DNA of 64,000 nt, taken from the NCBI GenBank assembly GCA_040285825.1, contig JAUPSS010000007.1, positions 1,016,501 to 1,080,500 on the forward strand. The letters are read 5' to 3'. Below are positions 10,515-22,439 of the stretch, one piece after another. This DNA is from Eukaryota sp. TZLM1-RC. Taxonomy: Eukaryota > Protista > Metamonada: BaSk clade. Positions within the stretch are counted from its first letter, which is position 1. Each line of letters starts with the position of its first letter. Below the pieces are notes generated by a model. That model had not been told where the DNA came from, did no database searches, and worked only from the letters and a program-made list of their open reading frames with translations. Made by a program: the position numbers and the translations under genes.

Positions 10515-13500
10515 ATGCGGTTGGCAGTCTTTGTTCTCCTCTTTGTTGTCAATTCTTATGCTCAAGTCTTGTTTGAACCTACTTTAGTTATAGTAAATCA
10601 AACTACCACCTTAACGATCACAGTATCTGATGCTCATGCTCTTGACACTCTGGTCAGCGTCTACTGTCAACTCAACTTGATTCTATACCCAGCCACCATC
10701 ATCAGCATGAATACTGCTTTCTGTGAACTACCTCCTCAACCTCAGCCAGGCACCTTCACCCCTTCTCTTGTCTTGGAGTACTCCTCCAATGAGTCACTAA
10801 CCCTCTCTTCGTCCACACATCTCACATACTTCTCAATAAAGCAACCCCAACCTTCTTTCTTGCCTAGAACTTTCAACAACAACATCTACATTCCCCTAGT
10901 CATTCCTCATGATCCCGAATTCACAATGGAAGAGGTAAGCTGTCGGTCTAACGCTAGAGTAACCAAGGGATATGTAGAGAACTCAGTGATGGTTTGCCCG
11001 TTGAAGCTTGAGGAAAGCGACTCACTGTTTTTTGACTTTGAAAGCGATTCCTTTGCAGTAGATTTAGATTTTGCACTGGAATCATCTTATTACTTCCCCA
11101 CGGTCCCGATTATTCTTCCGATTTATGACCTATATGACGTCATACCCCGCTCAATTAGTCAACTGGGTGGTACCATTGAAATCTTTGGATCTGCAGTATT
11201 TCATTTGTTAAGAAAAGGTGCTATTAAGGCCATCATTCAAAAAGATGACGTCATGGTCAATCTTAGTCAATTGAAGGGTCAGAATTCTTTACAATTCCAC
11301 GTTCCCCCTATGATTTTTTCTGGAAAAGCTGATTTAATTATCGAATTTTGTAGTGTTTGTGATTTTTCTTTTGTTAAAGCGTCTGTGATATCCTTATTTG
11401 TAAAGCAAATCGAAAGTCAAACGATTTCAATAAGAATTCCTCGGAATTCAACAGCTCAAATTGAACTATATTTTGCTGACGGTGTTGAATTTTTAATATA
11501 TTCAGAATCAATTATTGGTAGAATTAATTCTGATCATTTGCTTGAACCATTCTTCAATTATCATTCAGCAAATCATTTTTACAATGAGACTTTAGAAGTT
11601 GGTGTTTTGTACAATACCAGTGAATTAGTTGTTCACAAGGTCGAAATTTTAGTTATAAATCAACCCCCTATCAACAAAATCAAAGTTATAAGAGACTTTG
11701 CACCCTCAGAAACTCCATCTTTTTTGATTGATGATTTGATTGTTGACCCTGATGACGATGATTTTGACCTGATTGATGTTTATTTTGATCCGAGGCTTCT
11801 TTCTATCGACTATGATCCCTATTCAAGGCAAATTTGGGTAGGTTTTACTTCTGAAATTTTGTGCCACAAGGACGAAAATTTGAATTTCGAAATTTTCGTC
11901 ACTGATTATGTCACAAATACATCACTATTTTTTGCAATTGAACCAAAAAATGAAGTTTCCGATGTAGTTGTTACCCCCACGTTTACAATGATTAATCAAT
12001 CATTTGTGATTGGGGTCGAATCTAGCTGTCTGTCACCTTTTGTTTCTGCTTTTTGTATTTTTTCCGCAAACATTAACACTGAAAATTTCGCATCATCAGT
12101 GATTTTCCATGATGATCTCTACTATTGTCCTTTTCCTCAATATGGAAATATTTGGAATCTTTCCATCAAATTTGATAATGCCTCTTCATCTCCTTTTACC
12201 TTCATTACCCCAACAGCTAGTCAAGATGCACAGGGCATGCTAACTCTTTCCAACATAAGTGAGGTTGATTACAAAATATTTTGTGTCAATAATACAGTTC
12301 AAAGTGATCCTATTCTTATTCACCAGTCCACCAATGATTCTGTGGTTGTCCAATGTTCAAATAGCTCGTCTCCATCACCTGATCACCCACCTGCACTATG
12401 CTTTACAGCCAAGGATCCACACAAAGTTGTCATACCGTGCGTAAATGTCACCAAATTCAAGGAAAAGGAAGAACTACCAGTAAAGTTCAAAGTATTTCGG
12501 AATAAATGCAACCAATTACCACTTCATTGCAACCATTCCACCAATGTGCTTGCTAGACCCATCTATGGTAACCTTATGCACGACAGGTCTCTTTGCCATT
12601 ATCCCCTTTTTGAGCTACTTCCCCATAATGATTGTTTTCTATATTATGAACCTGGTCGGGAGTTCTGGGAATGGAATGCCACTCTCTCTAGTAGTATCGA
12701 CATCCGTAATGTTTCGGCTAATGGTACAGTGATTCATAATGAAATTTCAATTTATTTAGAAGTTTTTAATAGACCTCCCACACCTTTTTTTGGTGAAGTC
12801 AATGTTACTGCAACCAATGTCACTCTCATATCTCTTCCCATTTCTGATCCTGATGGTGATTCTGTCAGGCTCCTTTCAATGCAGTCAAGCGATGCAATGA
12901 GCATGAAAGTAGTCCCTTGCAAGGAACCCCTGATAGTTTATCATCCTGGTAATAGTTGTGGGTTCCACGCTTCTTCTCTTACCTACACAGTCATTGATAC
13001 TTATGGAAGCACGTCCCAAGGGGAGGTTTTCATTAATGTTGATGTTCCAATTGAGATTGAATCTCATCAAGAATATGTTTTCAACTCCACATTATCAATA
13101 TATGGAAATGGTTTTTCTAAATTCAATGACCTTAAATGCTTTGTTGACGGTGTTCCTGCTGCAGTCAGTATTATTAGTTGTAACCACTTGACTTGTCACT
13201 TGAAGGATGAACTAACATTTGGAACTCGTATTGCAACAATTTCAATAGATTCAAAGTTTTCAAAGTTAGTTAGTTTTAAATATTTTAAACCAGAAGGTCA
13301 ACTTGATGGTTTGTACATAAGAATACCACTAGAGCAAGACTTTTTGAAAGAAATTGATTGGATTTGTCTTTTTAATGGTAATTTCCAAACTATTGCATCA
13401 ATTGAATCATCAAATATTCGATGTCCACTTCATGATGCTCCCCTGACTAACACCTCAACTCTTTCATTAGTCAGTCAAGATTCCAATGTATCTCTACCAG

Positions 13501-14972
13501 TTCCTGTCCCTGATGAGTTTTCTTTCATATCATCAAGTCGCTTGTTGCTTCACGAGGATAATGTCGGCATTGCTCTTGATAGCGATTCCCAACTGTCGGT
13601 ACCATTCAATGATTCAGTTCCATTTGCCCTTGGTTTTTGGGTCCGTAGTGATTCTAATGATTTAAATCAAATAATTGTTTCAACATTTTATTCATCATGT
13701 GATGTTTCCTCAGCTGGTTTCACTCTCTCCCTCAACGCTCAAGGTCTAAGAACCCGAACTCTAACGCTCACAGTCATCTCCAACACCCAAGAGTGTCTTC
13801 GAATCGAAACCAAAACGAGAATTCCACTTATCCAATGGACATATGTTTCCATCTCGTTTACTGCGAGCCATAAGGATGAATTAGTCAAACTCAAAGTAAA
13901 TGGTTATCTTGAAGGAAGTCTGCTTTTGAATCGCAAACATGGCAATCTCAAAAGGTTATCCCTTGGAAGTTATCTTTTGGGAGGTGTAGATCGTAATCAA
14001 TTGGGTAGAACTGGTAATAATTTTCGTGGAATAATGGCTAATCTACAGATCCATGACAATCCTAGTTCATTGCATAATGATTTGGAAATGGCGGCGGCAA
14101 GTTCTAATGGTGTTGGTATTTTGCCCAGATGCGATGAGTGTCTGGTGAGGACAATGATTCCACAGCGAGAATTAACTTTTCTCTTCATGAATATGTCACC
14201 AATTGAACTTAATCTCATTGATCTGACTGGTGATGTTCCAGAGGGTCTTTACCTTGTTTTCACTCAACTACCGAGGGTGGAGATGGCTTCGTTGTTAATT
14301 TACACCCCAAACAAGACAGTTGAAACAGTCCAACCAGGAAAATTATTTCCCATTTTCCCTTCAATGGAATTATTTTTCAAACCCAATACCTTCCATAATC
14401 TTTCAGTTATTTCGTTCAAACTGACAGATGGAGCTAGCCTTGAGAGCCACAGCCAAACAGCACTGGTGTATGGTCGGCTAGGGTTCATTGAGTCGTTATC
14501 TACAGACACAAGACGTCTATTTTTCAAAGTTGAAGAGTATAATGTTGTAACAGTGCTTACAGATGATGATTTATCAGTAGGTTTTCCCAGCGTTTATCTG
14601 CAAAAATATTCAAGTAGTTCTCTCACGCTTTTCCAAACTTTGGATGGTAATCGTCCTTCCAGAATTGTGACATCTCTTCCTACTAGAGTGTCGGATGGTC
14701 GAGGTAGGTTCTTTGTCAAGGCTACTGAAGCTGGTAATTTTACAATTACTGTTGAGGTGAGGTACAGAAGTGGGGGTAGTGTGAGCAGAGTTTTCAACAT
14801 AGATGCATATCAGCATGATATTCTCGACGTTCGTGTTGGTTTTCAATACTCTCTTATAGTTTTAATTGTGCTAATTATAGCTGGATTGTGGTTTTCAAGA
14901 AAGTTTATCCGTGGCAAGATTGGTAATAGAGCCGTGGAATCTCCATTTCCTAGAGCTGCAATTACACCTTAG
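10515..14972 (+). CDS. Large type I membrane surface protein (1485 aa): signal peptide, IPT/TIG-like and cadherin/Ig-like repeats, LamG/ConA-like domain, C-terminal TM helix
   Basis: N-terminal hydrophobic signal; LSIYGNGF..LKCFVDG (IPT); SDPDGDSV and VDPDDD Ca-binding motifs; LGFWVR...WTYVSISF...KVNG...FRGIMANLQIH (LamG); TM segment YSLIVLIVLIIAGLWF then RK. Confidence 0.8.
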   Translation: MRLAVFVLLFVVNSYAQVLFEPTLVIVNQTTTLTITVSDAHALDTLVSVYCQLNLILYPATIISMNTAFCELPPQPQPGTFTPSLVLEYSSNESLTLSSSTHLTYFSIKQPQPSFLPRTFNNNIYIPLVIPHDPEFTMEEVSCRSNARVTKGYVENSVMVCPLKLEESDSLFFDFESDSFAVDLDFALESSYYFPTVPIILPIYDLYDVIPRSISQLGGTIEIFGSAVFHLLRKGAIKAIIQKDDVMVNLSQLKGQNSLQFHVPPMIFSGKADLIIEFCSVCDFSFVKASVISLFVKQIESQTISIRIPRNSTAQIELYFADGVEFLIYSESIIGRINSDHLLEPFFNYHSANHFYNETLEVGVLYNTSELVVHKVEILVINQPPINKIKVIRDFAPSETPSFLIDDLIVDPDDDDFDLIDVYFDPRLLSIDYDPYSRQIWVGFTSEILCHKDENLNFEIFVTDYVTNTSLFFAIEPKNEVSDVVVTPTFTMINQSFVIGVESSCLSPFVSAFCIFSANINTENFASSVIFHDDLYYCPFPQYGNIWNLSIKFDNASSSPFTFITPTASQDAQGMLTLSNISEVDYKIFCVNNTVQSDPILIHQSTNDSVVVQCSNSSSPSPDHPPALCFTAKDPHKVVIPCVNVTKFKEKEELPVKFKVFRNKCNQLPLHCNHSTNVLARPIYGNLMHDRSLCHYPLFELLPHNDCFLYYEPGREFWEWNATLSSSIDIRNVSANGTVIHNEISIYLEVFNRPPTPFFGEVNVTATNVTLISLPISDPDGDSVRLLSMQSSDAMSMKVVPCKEPLIVYHPGNSCGFHASSLTYTVIDTYGSTSQGEVFINVDVPIEIESHQEYVFNSTLSIYGNGFSKFNDLKCFVDGVPAAVSIISCNHLTCHLKDELTFGTRIATISIDSKFSKLVSFKYFKPEGQLDGLYIRIPLEQDFLKEIDWICLFNGNFQTIASIESSNIRCPLHDAPLTNTSTLSLVSQDSNVSLPVPVPDEFSFISSSRLLLHEDNVGIALDSDSQLSVPFNDSVPFALGFWVRSDSNDLNQIIVSTFYSSCDVSSAGFTLSLNAQGLRTRTLTLTVISNTQECLRIETKTRIPLIQWTYVSISFTASHKDELVKLKVNGYLEGSLLLNRKHGNLKRLSLGSYLLGGVDRNQLGRTGNNFRGIMANLQIHDNPSSLHNDLEMAAASSNGVGILPRCDECLVRTMIPQRELTFLFMNMSPIELNLIDLTGDVPEGLYLVFTQLPRVEMASLLIYTPNKTVETVQPGKLFPIFPSMELFFKPNTFHNLSVISFKLTDGASLESHSQTALVYGRLGFIESLSTDTRRLFFKVEEYNVVTVLTDDDLSVGFPSVYLQKYSSSSLTLFQTLDGNRPSRIVTSLPTRVSDGRGRFFVKATEAGNFTITVEVRYRSGGSVSRVFNIDAYQHDILDVRVGFQYSLIVLIVLIIAGLWFSRKFIRGKIGNRAVESPFPRAAITP

Positions 14973-16083
14973 TTTGATAAAAATTGATGCTTTCGTTCTT
15001 TTTAAAACTCTTGATCACTCGGTTACCGTTTGATGTACTCTTCATCAGCGAAACAGACAAAAATTGTCTTAAACTAACAACATCCATATGATTTACTGAG
15101 AAGGAGGAGAAAGGACTTTATCCAAGAAAGAGTCGCTGTGTGGAAGAACATTCTAATTAATCTTTGGTTCATTTCAAAACTGTTGATAATATCTTGCTTA
15201 ATTTTAATAATTCCATAACACCAAATAAATTCCAATCTAAAGGTGGGTAATGCCAGACTGCGTAGGTATTGTTTGTCTCCTTTAAAGCATGGTAATGAGA
15301 CAGACTGTACTGATGTTTGTGAAAAGAATATTGGGCAAAGTTCTTGAACAATGCAAGTGTTCTTGTGCAAGGATGATGTTGTTTCTTTTTCAGTGTTGTT
15401 CATCTGGCGAAAATTTCATAATGTTGGTGAAAATTAATTAAGCAAAGAATTCTGGTCTGGTTGAATTAAAGGATCGGCCCAAAATCTATTGTTGTAGAGC
15501 ACAAGATCTCAATTTGGGGGTTATTCTCCCAGTGTAGCGAATTTTGAGTATGAAAAATTTAATATGATTTTCTAAATCTAATTTGAATCAAGTTCAATTT
15601 TCAGTTTTCCAAACATACCTTGTACTTAATTCAAAATTTGAGGCACATTGTCCAATCAGCAATCAAGAAATTTCAAAGCATCCTTACTATAAGTAGTTAA
15701 AGGGACAACAGAATCATTAATTACAAGGTCGTCCAGCGCAGAAGAAATAATCAGATCGCATTATGATAAAGCCAAATATTTTCATACGAATCAGCAATTC
15801 CTTAAGCAACCGATCAAATGAACCAATCAGGGATATATCATCCATATAAGCAACTATTTTGAGGTAAGATACTTTTGCTTGATGTTATCTAGGTTATGGT
15901 GAATACTTTAGCAAAACAACAGAGGGCTCAATGAATAGCCTTATTTCGCAGTAGAAAGTGGTTTTAAATTAAATGAATAAAAAATTAAATCTGAGAGTTT
16001 CCATTTCAATGATAGTTTCGCAAAAGTCAGATTTGTTTGTACAGAAACAACTCATAATTATCGTTTATTTAATCCAAAAAAAC

Positions 16084-17310
16084 TTAAATCATTTTCAATG
16101 TCCATAAAATACAATTGACAAACAGTTTCATGGCATCAGATTCCACATGCCAGCTCAGTCCTGTGCGTTTGGCCTGGTTTGAGGTACTGACACAATTGAA
16201 CTCAACCATTTTACACTCGCCTATTTCATTCTTTGCGATGAGGTGAGCTCCATCTGCGTAGTTTGCAACAAGGGTTCCTTTGTAACACATGATGTTAGTG
16301 CGAGTATTGCTTGGGGCAAAACTACTGACACCAGTGAAGATGGGATCTTCTTGGCGAACCACTTGCATGTCACTGAATCCACCAATGGCATCTAGACGCC
16401 TGTTATAGCTGAAGCAAGAGTAGGAGAACTCTTCAATATTACTTGGAAATCCGTTAAACAAAAGCAAACCTGTGCCTGATTCTACGACATGGTTTAGAAT
16501 TTCACCATCGCATCCTTGATAGTTGGTGTCATAGATTACCACATCGAATTCATTCACTTCTTCGTGATCATACAACTCACAGTGCACATCCAGTTGAAGT
16601 TCCAGTCCCCCATAGTATTGATCAACTGTTGAGAGCATACGTTTCCTGAAATCCCTTGCCCACTGACGTTCACGAACCCAATAGCCTACCTTGATTTTTT
16701 GAGGACTGGATGTGCTGCCCTGAAAGAGAGAAGGTTTAGGTATAGCTTTCTGAAACTTTGTAATTTGAGAGCTCAGAGTGGAGAAGTAATGTTGAACTTG
16801 ATGACGTTCTTTGTTGAGATTGGACAGGTGGTCATCAATCTGCTGTTGGAGAGCAGCATTTTCCTTCAGGAGAGTTTCTACTCTACGTTGTGCTGTTGCC
16901 ATGCTTCTATCTTCTTCTTCATTTGATTCAGAGATTTCTAGAACAGAAGCTTTTTCAGCAATATCCACAATATGATGTGAATGGAAAGACACGGGCCTGT
17001 GTACAAGTGTACAGCATGAATGGCAAGAATGCACACGACACTGAGCACAGTAAGAGATGGGAGGAGAAATTCGACAATGATCGCAGGTAGAATGGTTTTC
17101 CGTAGTTGCGTTGATGACATCCTGAAGAGTGACATTAATGGCAAACCTAGATGAAGATACACTTTCTCTACATTGAGGGCATGTTGAAGTATGTTGAATC
17201 CACTTCTTAATGCAACGATCACGACAGAAGGAGTGACCGCAGATCAAGGTAGTGGGCTCCAGCATGACGTCACGACAGATTCCACATTCAATAGCTTCGA
17301 GATGGGCCAT
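16084..17310 (-). CDS. TRIM-like E3 ligase: RING + B-box + coiled coil + class I GATase-like C-terminal domain (408 aa)
   Basis: C3HC4 RING CGIC...CGHSFC..C...CPQCR; B-box CDHC...CAQC...C..C...H...H..H; tail FDVVI...VESGTGLLLF...DPIFTGV...KLFVNCILW. Confidence 0.85.
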   Translation of the reverse strand: MAHLEAIECGICRDVMLEPTTLICGHSFCRDRCIKKWIQHTSTCPQCRESVSSSRFAINVTLQDVINATTENHSTCDHCRISPPISYCAQCRVHSCHSCCTLVHRPVSFHSHHIVDIAEKASVLEISESNEEEDRSMATAQRRVETLLKENAALQQQIDDHLSNLNKERHQVQHYFSTLSSQITKFQKAIPKPSLFQGSTSSPQKIKVGYWVRERQWARDFRKRMLSTVDQYYGGLELQLDVHCELYDHEEVNEFDVVIYDTNYQGCDGEILNHVVESGTGLLLFNGFPSNIEEFSYSCFSYNRRLDAIGGFSDMQVVRQEDPIFTGVSSFAPSNTRTNIMCYKGTLVANYADGAHLIAKNEIGECKMVEFNCVSTSNQAKRTGLSWHVESDAMKLFVNCILWTLKMI

Positions 17311-17649
17311 GTTTTCGGTAAGGAGAAAAATGACACTGAAAATTTGGCATTTTTAAATTTTGAAAGTTAGCTAAAATTTTCCATTCATAGAAATGAGTCA
17401 ATTCAATAACCAAAAATAGAAACAATGAATTGTAAGTGTAGTCTTTGTGCAAACTGATTTTGATTTTCATCACAGATTAAGCGTTGAAATTTGTTGGTAT
17501 TGTTGTTCAAAAACGAATTTTTTTAATTGTACAAGTTTGATAATTAATTGATATATACTTCTATCATTTCATCACCTCAAAAATATTTCTTCAATTTTAA
17601 CAAAAATATCTCAGAATTAATGGAAATGGATTAAGCGGACACACTTTTT

Positions 17650-18795
17650 CTATAAAATCAATTGTTGGTGGTGCCAAAATTTTATTTTTGAATTTCTTAA
17701 TCGTTTTCCTGAAAATATTCATTTGCTTAGTCAATCATTTTCAAAATATTTGTATGATCTTGATGTTGCTATTAATAAAATTGCACCAGAAATTTGGTGT
17801 CAATGTTTTATAGACTCAGTTCAAGAGATTCCTCAATGAAATCTAGTTAATTTACGGTATTGTGTGAAGAAGCTTCAACAAAAATTGACCGTAATATTTG
17901 AAGGCTTATGTTATGAAATACGTCTTGGCATGGCCAAGCAAGAAAATACCGCTTTTGCAAATTTTTTACTAGATGTTTGCGATAGTTCTGCTTATTGTTT
18001 AATTAATCAAGTACCCAGAATCTATGGTTTGTTACTCAATGACCCTTGCTTTTTATTATCTGTGCGTCTTCGATCTTTTATTTGGCCTGATAATCTGCCT
18101 CATAGATTAATTTGTAATTGTGGAAAGTCTGTCACTCCAACCCATTTATTTAATTGTAATCGATTTATTACATTTAGATCAAAAATGCATGATGCAGTTC
18201 GTGATCAGCTTTATTGTATGCTTTAGTCCCACAAGATTGAATCTTTTTCAGAACCTTTGCTTTCAAATTTGGCTGTTGAATCTGACAGAAATTCTTTTGG
18301 TGACAGCCGTGGTGATGTGCTTGTTTCCGGACTTGATGCATAAATGATCATTATTGATGTCAGATCTACTGATGTATCAAACAGCTCAAATGAAAAACTC
18401 GGACAATCATATAATTCACCTTTACGTAGAGCTGAAGGAGCGAAAATTATCAAGTACACAGAAAAATGAATAACTTGAATTCCAACTCACATACTCTACA
18501 CTTTCGTTGTCCTTTTGCTTTTTCTTCATTTGGAACCTTGAATAAAACTGCGTTATGTTTTTTCGACGATTTCTCATCTATTGTCAAAAATAGAACTGGA
18601 AGAATATTTGCCCGAACCTTTTGGCTCAACAGAATTGTATTTTCTATTTTTAAGGGAACACATAGCCTTGTTTCTAGCTCGTCGTTATCACTAGGAAAAT
18701 TTTATGAAGAAAATGCTGTAGGTAAGTTTTGAACAGTAAATGTGGAGTTTGAGGAGATTGATTTTTAGTTCTTTACAATTTTGTTTGAATAAAAT
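17650..18795 (+). mobile_element. Degenerate CRE-like non-LTR retrotransposon 3' part, family B
   Basis: LRLR...CNCG...HLFNC...HDAVRDQL...EPLL...SRGDV...KY...PFAFS; several stops; ends at AATAAA. Boundaries approximate. Confidence 0.8.
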
Positions 18796-19037
18796 ATGTA
18801 TCAAAAAATTATAAAATCAATGATTTGTTTACTTTTGCAAACAGCATTCCCAATTCGATTAAACATCCATGGCAATCTGTGGACGGAGGTAAATTGTATA
18901 CATGATTACTATAGAAAGGTATTGGATCAGTTCAGTGTAATTTGATTAATTAGGATTTCAAACTCGTTCCAACAATTGCTAATAGTGGACTACTGAATCA
19001 GTTGATTGAATAACTTCAGCAACCTCACAATACCAAA

Positions 19038-19109
19038 TCGCATATGGTGTAGTGGCTAGCATTAGTGTCTTTCACATACTAGACCCGGGTTCGATTCCCG
19101 GTATGCGAA
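19038..19109 (+). tRNA. tRNA-Glu (anticodon TTC)
   Basis: 72-nt cloverleaf: acceptor TCGCATA/TATGCGA, anticodon arm AGTGT-CTTTCAC-ATACT, T arm CCGGG-TTCGATT-CCCGG, followed by a TTTT Pol III terminator; no encoded CCA. Confidence 0.93.
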
Positions 19110-19327
19110 TTTTAGATTCAAATTTTCCTCTCCATAGGTGTCTTCTAAATCAAGACTTATCACAAGGCAGCTGTGGTAGATCAAAAGCTTAGTGTTTTAT
19201 TCATATCTTTCTACAACAAGCTGTTCAGCGTCGACTATATCCATTCAGACAGTCGGAACCAACATGCTTTAGGCACTTTGATGTTTTAGAAAAATTATTA
19301 ATCTCGCACTGTACTAGAGACTAAACC

Positions 19328-20592
19328 TTTTATATTTATTGAATTTGCACACTTGATTAAATTAAATCATAACTAATGGGACGACTATCATTAAACCAAG
19401 ATTTCCTCTACAAAATCTTGATTTGCTTGCTGTCTAGCTAAAGCTTCTCTAATTCGATTGAAAAACCGCGGTAATCTATTAATAATGGCAAATTGAATCC
19501 GTGAACGCCATAAAAAAATATCAAATCTTTTCATTGTTTTTTCTTTCACCATTTTTTGGAAGTCATCCAAAAACGTTTCTGCTTCAACTGATAATCTTCA
19601 ATTTATCGAAAATGGGAAAGCAATAAAAACCAGCTGTGTATTTCTATCGACATTTGCATCTTCAATTTCTTTATCATATTTTCTATGTTTTTCTTTTGCT
19701 TTAAAATCCAGAGCAGCCACAGGATTAAGTTTTCTTCTGTGAACCAAAGTATCGTTTGCAACATTACATGAGACAAAGTCAACAATAGCTTCAGAATTAT
19801 CAATCCAATCACAGTATACATCACCTCTATCATCAGAACCAAAATTATTCAGAGAAAGTGTTTCCTTCAGCAGGGGCTCTTTGATACACGATATCCTTGC
19901 AGTTTGTGCCATATTGAAAACAGTGTCTCTAACAGCATCATGTAATGAAGAACGATAAGTTATCAATTTAGAGCAATTTAGAGCATGGCTCAAAGTGAGT
20001 TGAGGTGAATTCGAACAAATACATTTTTCTTTTGATAATAATTGGTTAATGGGGATGTTCAAATATAATCTCATTTTTGTTACAAATGCTTCATTAGTGG
20101 CACACAATCCAAAACTTCGTGGTACAATGGTTACAAAAAGTGAAGAATCTGACGCCTTGTTTTCACAAACACCCTTTTCCAATAACAATGAGTGAAGATC
20201 TTGATTTAAAACAGCCGAGCTGCAAATATTATTATAAAGATCTTTTTCATACATTCCAGTCAATCTTTTCTGTAATGTTCGAAGAGTGTACTTCAAATTT
20301 AAAACATTTTTTTCTGGAATATTGCCATTGAATGATTGGGGAAAACATCGACCCCATTTTTCTACATCAATTCTTGAAATTTCTTCATTTAATGCAAAAA
20401 CAGTGGAACTTTGCGTTGTCATCAATAAATCTTCCCAATCTGCAAATCTTTCGGAGAACTCAAAGATTGCATTTCTGCATCCACCAACAAAAGCACACGA
20501 GGTAAGAATAGAAGCCTTCGTCCACCCTAAACCACCATAATGTGGACTAAGGTAAGCATGATCTGGAATTTGAAACATTTTACATCCCAGTA
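19328..20592 (-). mobile_element. 5'-truncated CRE-like non-LTR retrotransposon, family A
   Basis: Near-identical to 55095-56355 in reverse orientation; family 3' end ...GTGTGCAAATTCAATAAATAT; imperfect target-site duplication ctagagact on both flanks. Confidence 0.92.
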
Positions 20593-21312
20593 TTTCTAGA
20601 GACTTAAAGTTCACTCCCACAAATTCTGGTGGAAATATTGCAGAATTTTTGGTACATTTGTTGCCTGATGTACATTGCGAATTGACAAACAGTCTTTGTG
20701 TAAAAAGAATTACACGTGACAGTGACAAGTCACTTTTTGTTATGTAATGTCAAAACTTTGGAAAATTCAATTTTTTTCTGATACCTGGTTGTGAGTTGAA
20801 TGCAAGTTAAATTGATGCAAGTCGAAGTGAAGTTGAATTTGTGGCTTATGTTAATCCACAAAAAAGTTTCAGCTATTCTGTTGCTCCCAGCATCAATAAC
20901 TACTTCTTCGTCTTCATATACAGAATCCCTTTTGACGCATCTTAAGGATTGATGTTCTCCACCCTCTTCGAGTGAACTCTCTGAACGTAACGAAACCTTC
21001 GCAATTGCGGATTCGTACTTTCGATATTTAACAACATTTTAAATTCAATTTACTAAATTTCATTTGTCATTTTCAATCATATACAGTAGCAAATTGTAAT
21101 TGACAACATATATTGTGTTTAGTGAGCAGACTAGATTTTGCGGAATAACAAGAATTTTCAGATGTATTTCAAATATAGTTGAAAAAGAATGTCAATATTA
21201 CATGTTTGAACACGTGGCATTCACCCAATAAAATAAACAAACACCAGATAAAACTCAAAAAAAGGAATTAACATTTATAAATAAAAAAAATAAAAATATG
21301 ATACATCAAAAA

Positions 21313-21990
21313 CTAATCATTACATCTCAGCTTTGTCTTATTCAAAATTGGCAAAACTATATTTTCAACAAACTTTTGGCTATGCCCCACTGTTCTCCTA
21401 ATGGGGGAAGAAAACCTTGGTGGGAAGGCAGTAGGGGTTTCCACCGAATCGTGCAGATGAGAGGGAGTGTAGCATAAAGTTCTGTACACATTCTTGCTTT
21501 CCAACTCTGACAAAAGAATGGGTGAAACCTTGGGCTTAAATCGGGAGTCTGAATTAGCAGGGGATTGTTTGGGGAAATACTTGGCCCGTGAATATTCACT
21601 TTTCTCTTGGGGTTTGGCTGAGTGTTGTTTTGTTGTGGAAATCGGCATGGATTTCTGTCGCCTTGAGGAAGAGTGTATGGTTCGGGGTCTGGGTCGCGGG
21701 ATTTCTCGTGTGAGACGACGACTTCTTGAGGGAGTTGTAGGAAGTCGTTTAGTGTATGCATTGGAAAGTTTGATTGTGGAGATGAAATCATCTTTGAGAG
21801 TAACCAGTTGTTTTTGGACACTCTTTCTTCCCCAATAGTTGGCTAAAGCAGGGTCTTCAAAAGCGTTATAAGAAGAAATAGAAGTGAGAGTAGCACTGTT
21901 ATCGAAGGATGGTTTTGAAGCTTCTAAGGGTGTGGATGGAGATTGTTGAGGCCGTATCCTCCTCCTGTATGAAGAGGCCGGGGATGTCAT
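21313..21990 (-). CDS. Basic low-complexity protein (225 aa) with a short ERICH3/FSIP2-N-terminal-like motif; possibly ciliary
   Basis: Clean ATG ORF in a GC-richer island; motif YNAFEDPALANYWGRKSVQKQL resembles YNxxxDxxLxxYF. The homology call is weak. Confidence 0.55.
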   Translation of the reverse strand: MTSPASSYRRRIRPQQSPSTPLEASKPSFDNSATLTSISSYNAFEDPALANYWGRKSVQKQLVTLKDDFISTIKLSNAYTKRLPTTPSRSRRLTREIPRPRPRTIHSSSRRQKSMPISTTKQHSAKPQEKSEYSRAKYFPKQSPANSDSRFKPKVSPILLSELESKNVYRTLCYTPSHLHDSVETPTAFPPRFSSPIRRTVGHSQKFVENIVLPILNKTKLRCND

Positions 21991-22439
21991 CTGATTAAAA
22001 TCGACTCAGACAAAATGCTGAATTTTCCCTGTATTCTACATCTGTTCCAGAGTCAAGTAATCGCTCACTGCATGCTCAGTATCTTCGTTTCAGCAAACCA
22101 TAGTGTATCACCTCACAATCCATACAAACAGTGCATTCTTATCAGTTAATTTGACTCCAAATCATTGGTGATTATGTCAATTTTCATTAGAAATGAAGGT
22201 GCTGTCAGTTGGTTGCTATAAGAAGCACTTTTTCGCATCCTTAACAAAATTCAACCAATCGTTTTGGCCTATTACAATTGTGTTTTCAATTTTATGGGGA
22301 GGTTGAAGATGGTTTCTGTTGCTTTGTTTTCTATTGGGTCTTACTGGGAGAGATTTGCATGCAGATTTGCAGCTAGTGGTTTTGTTTTGGAAGATACATT
22401 ATTTAGGTGTTGATTTATAGGTTTTGAATCAGTACATTC

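Noticed and set aside
19038-19340. tRNA-targeted integration (LINE 3' end about 220 nt downstream of tRNA-Glu)
   Set aside because: Single instance; the other seven family A copies have no adjacent tRNA.
19598-20728. 376-aa ORF as a novel fusion gene
   Set aside because: Chance read-through from flanking DNA into a truncated LINE; non-ATG start.
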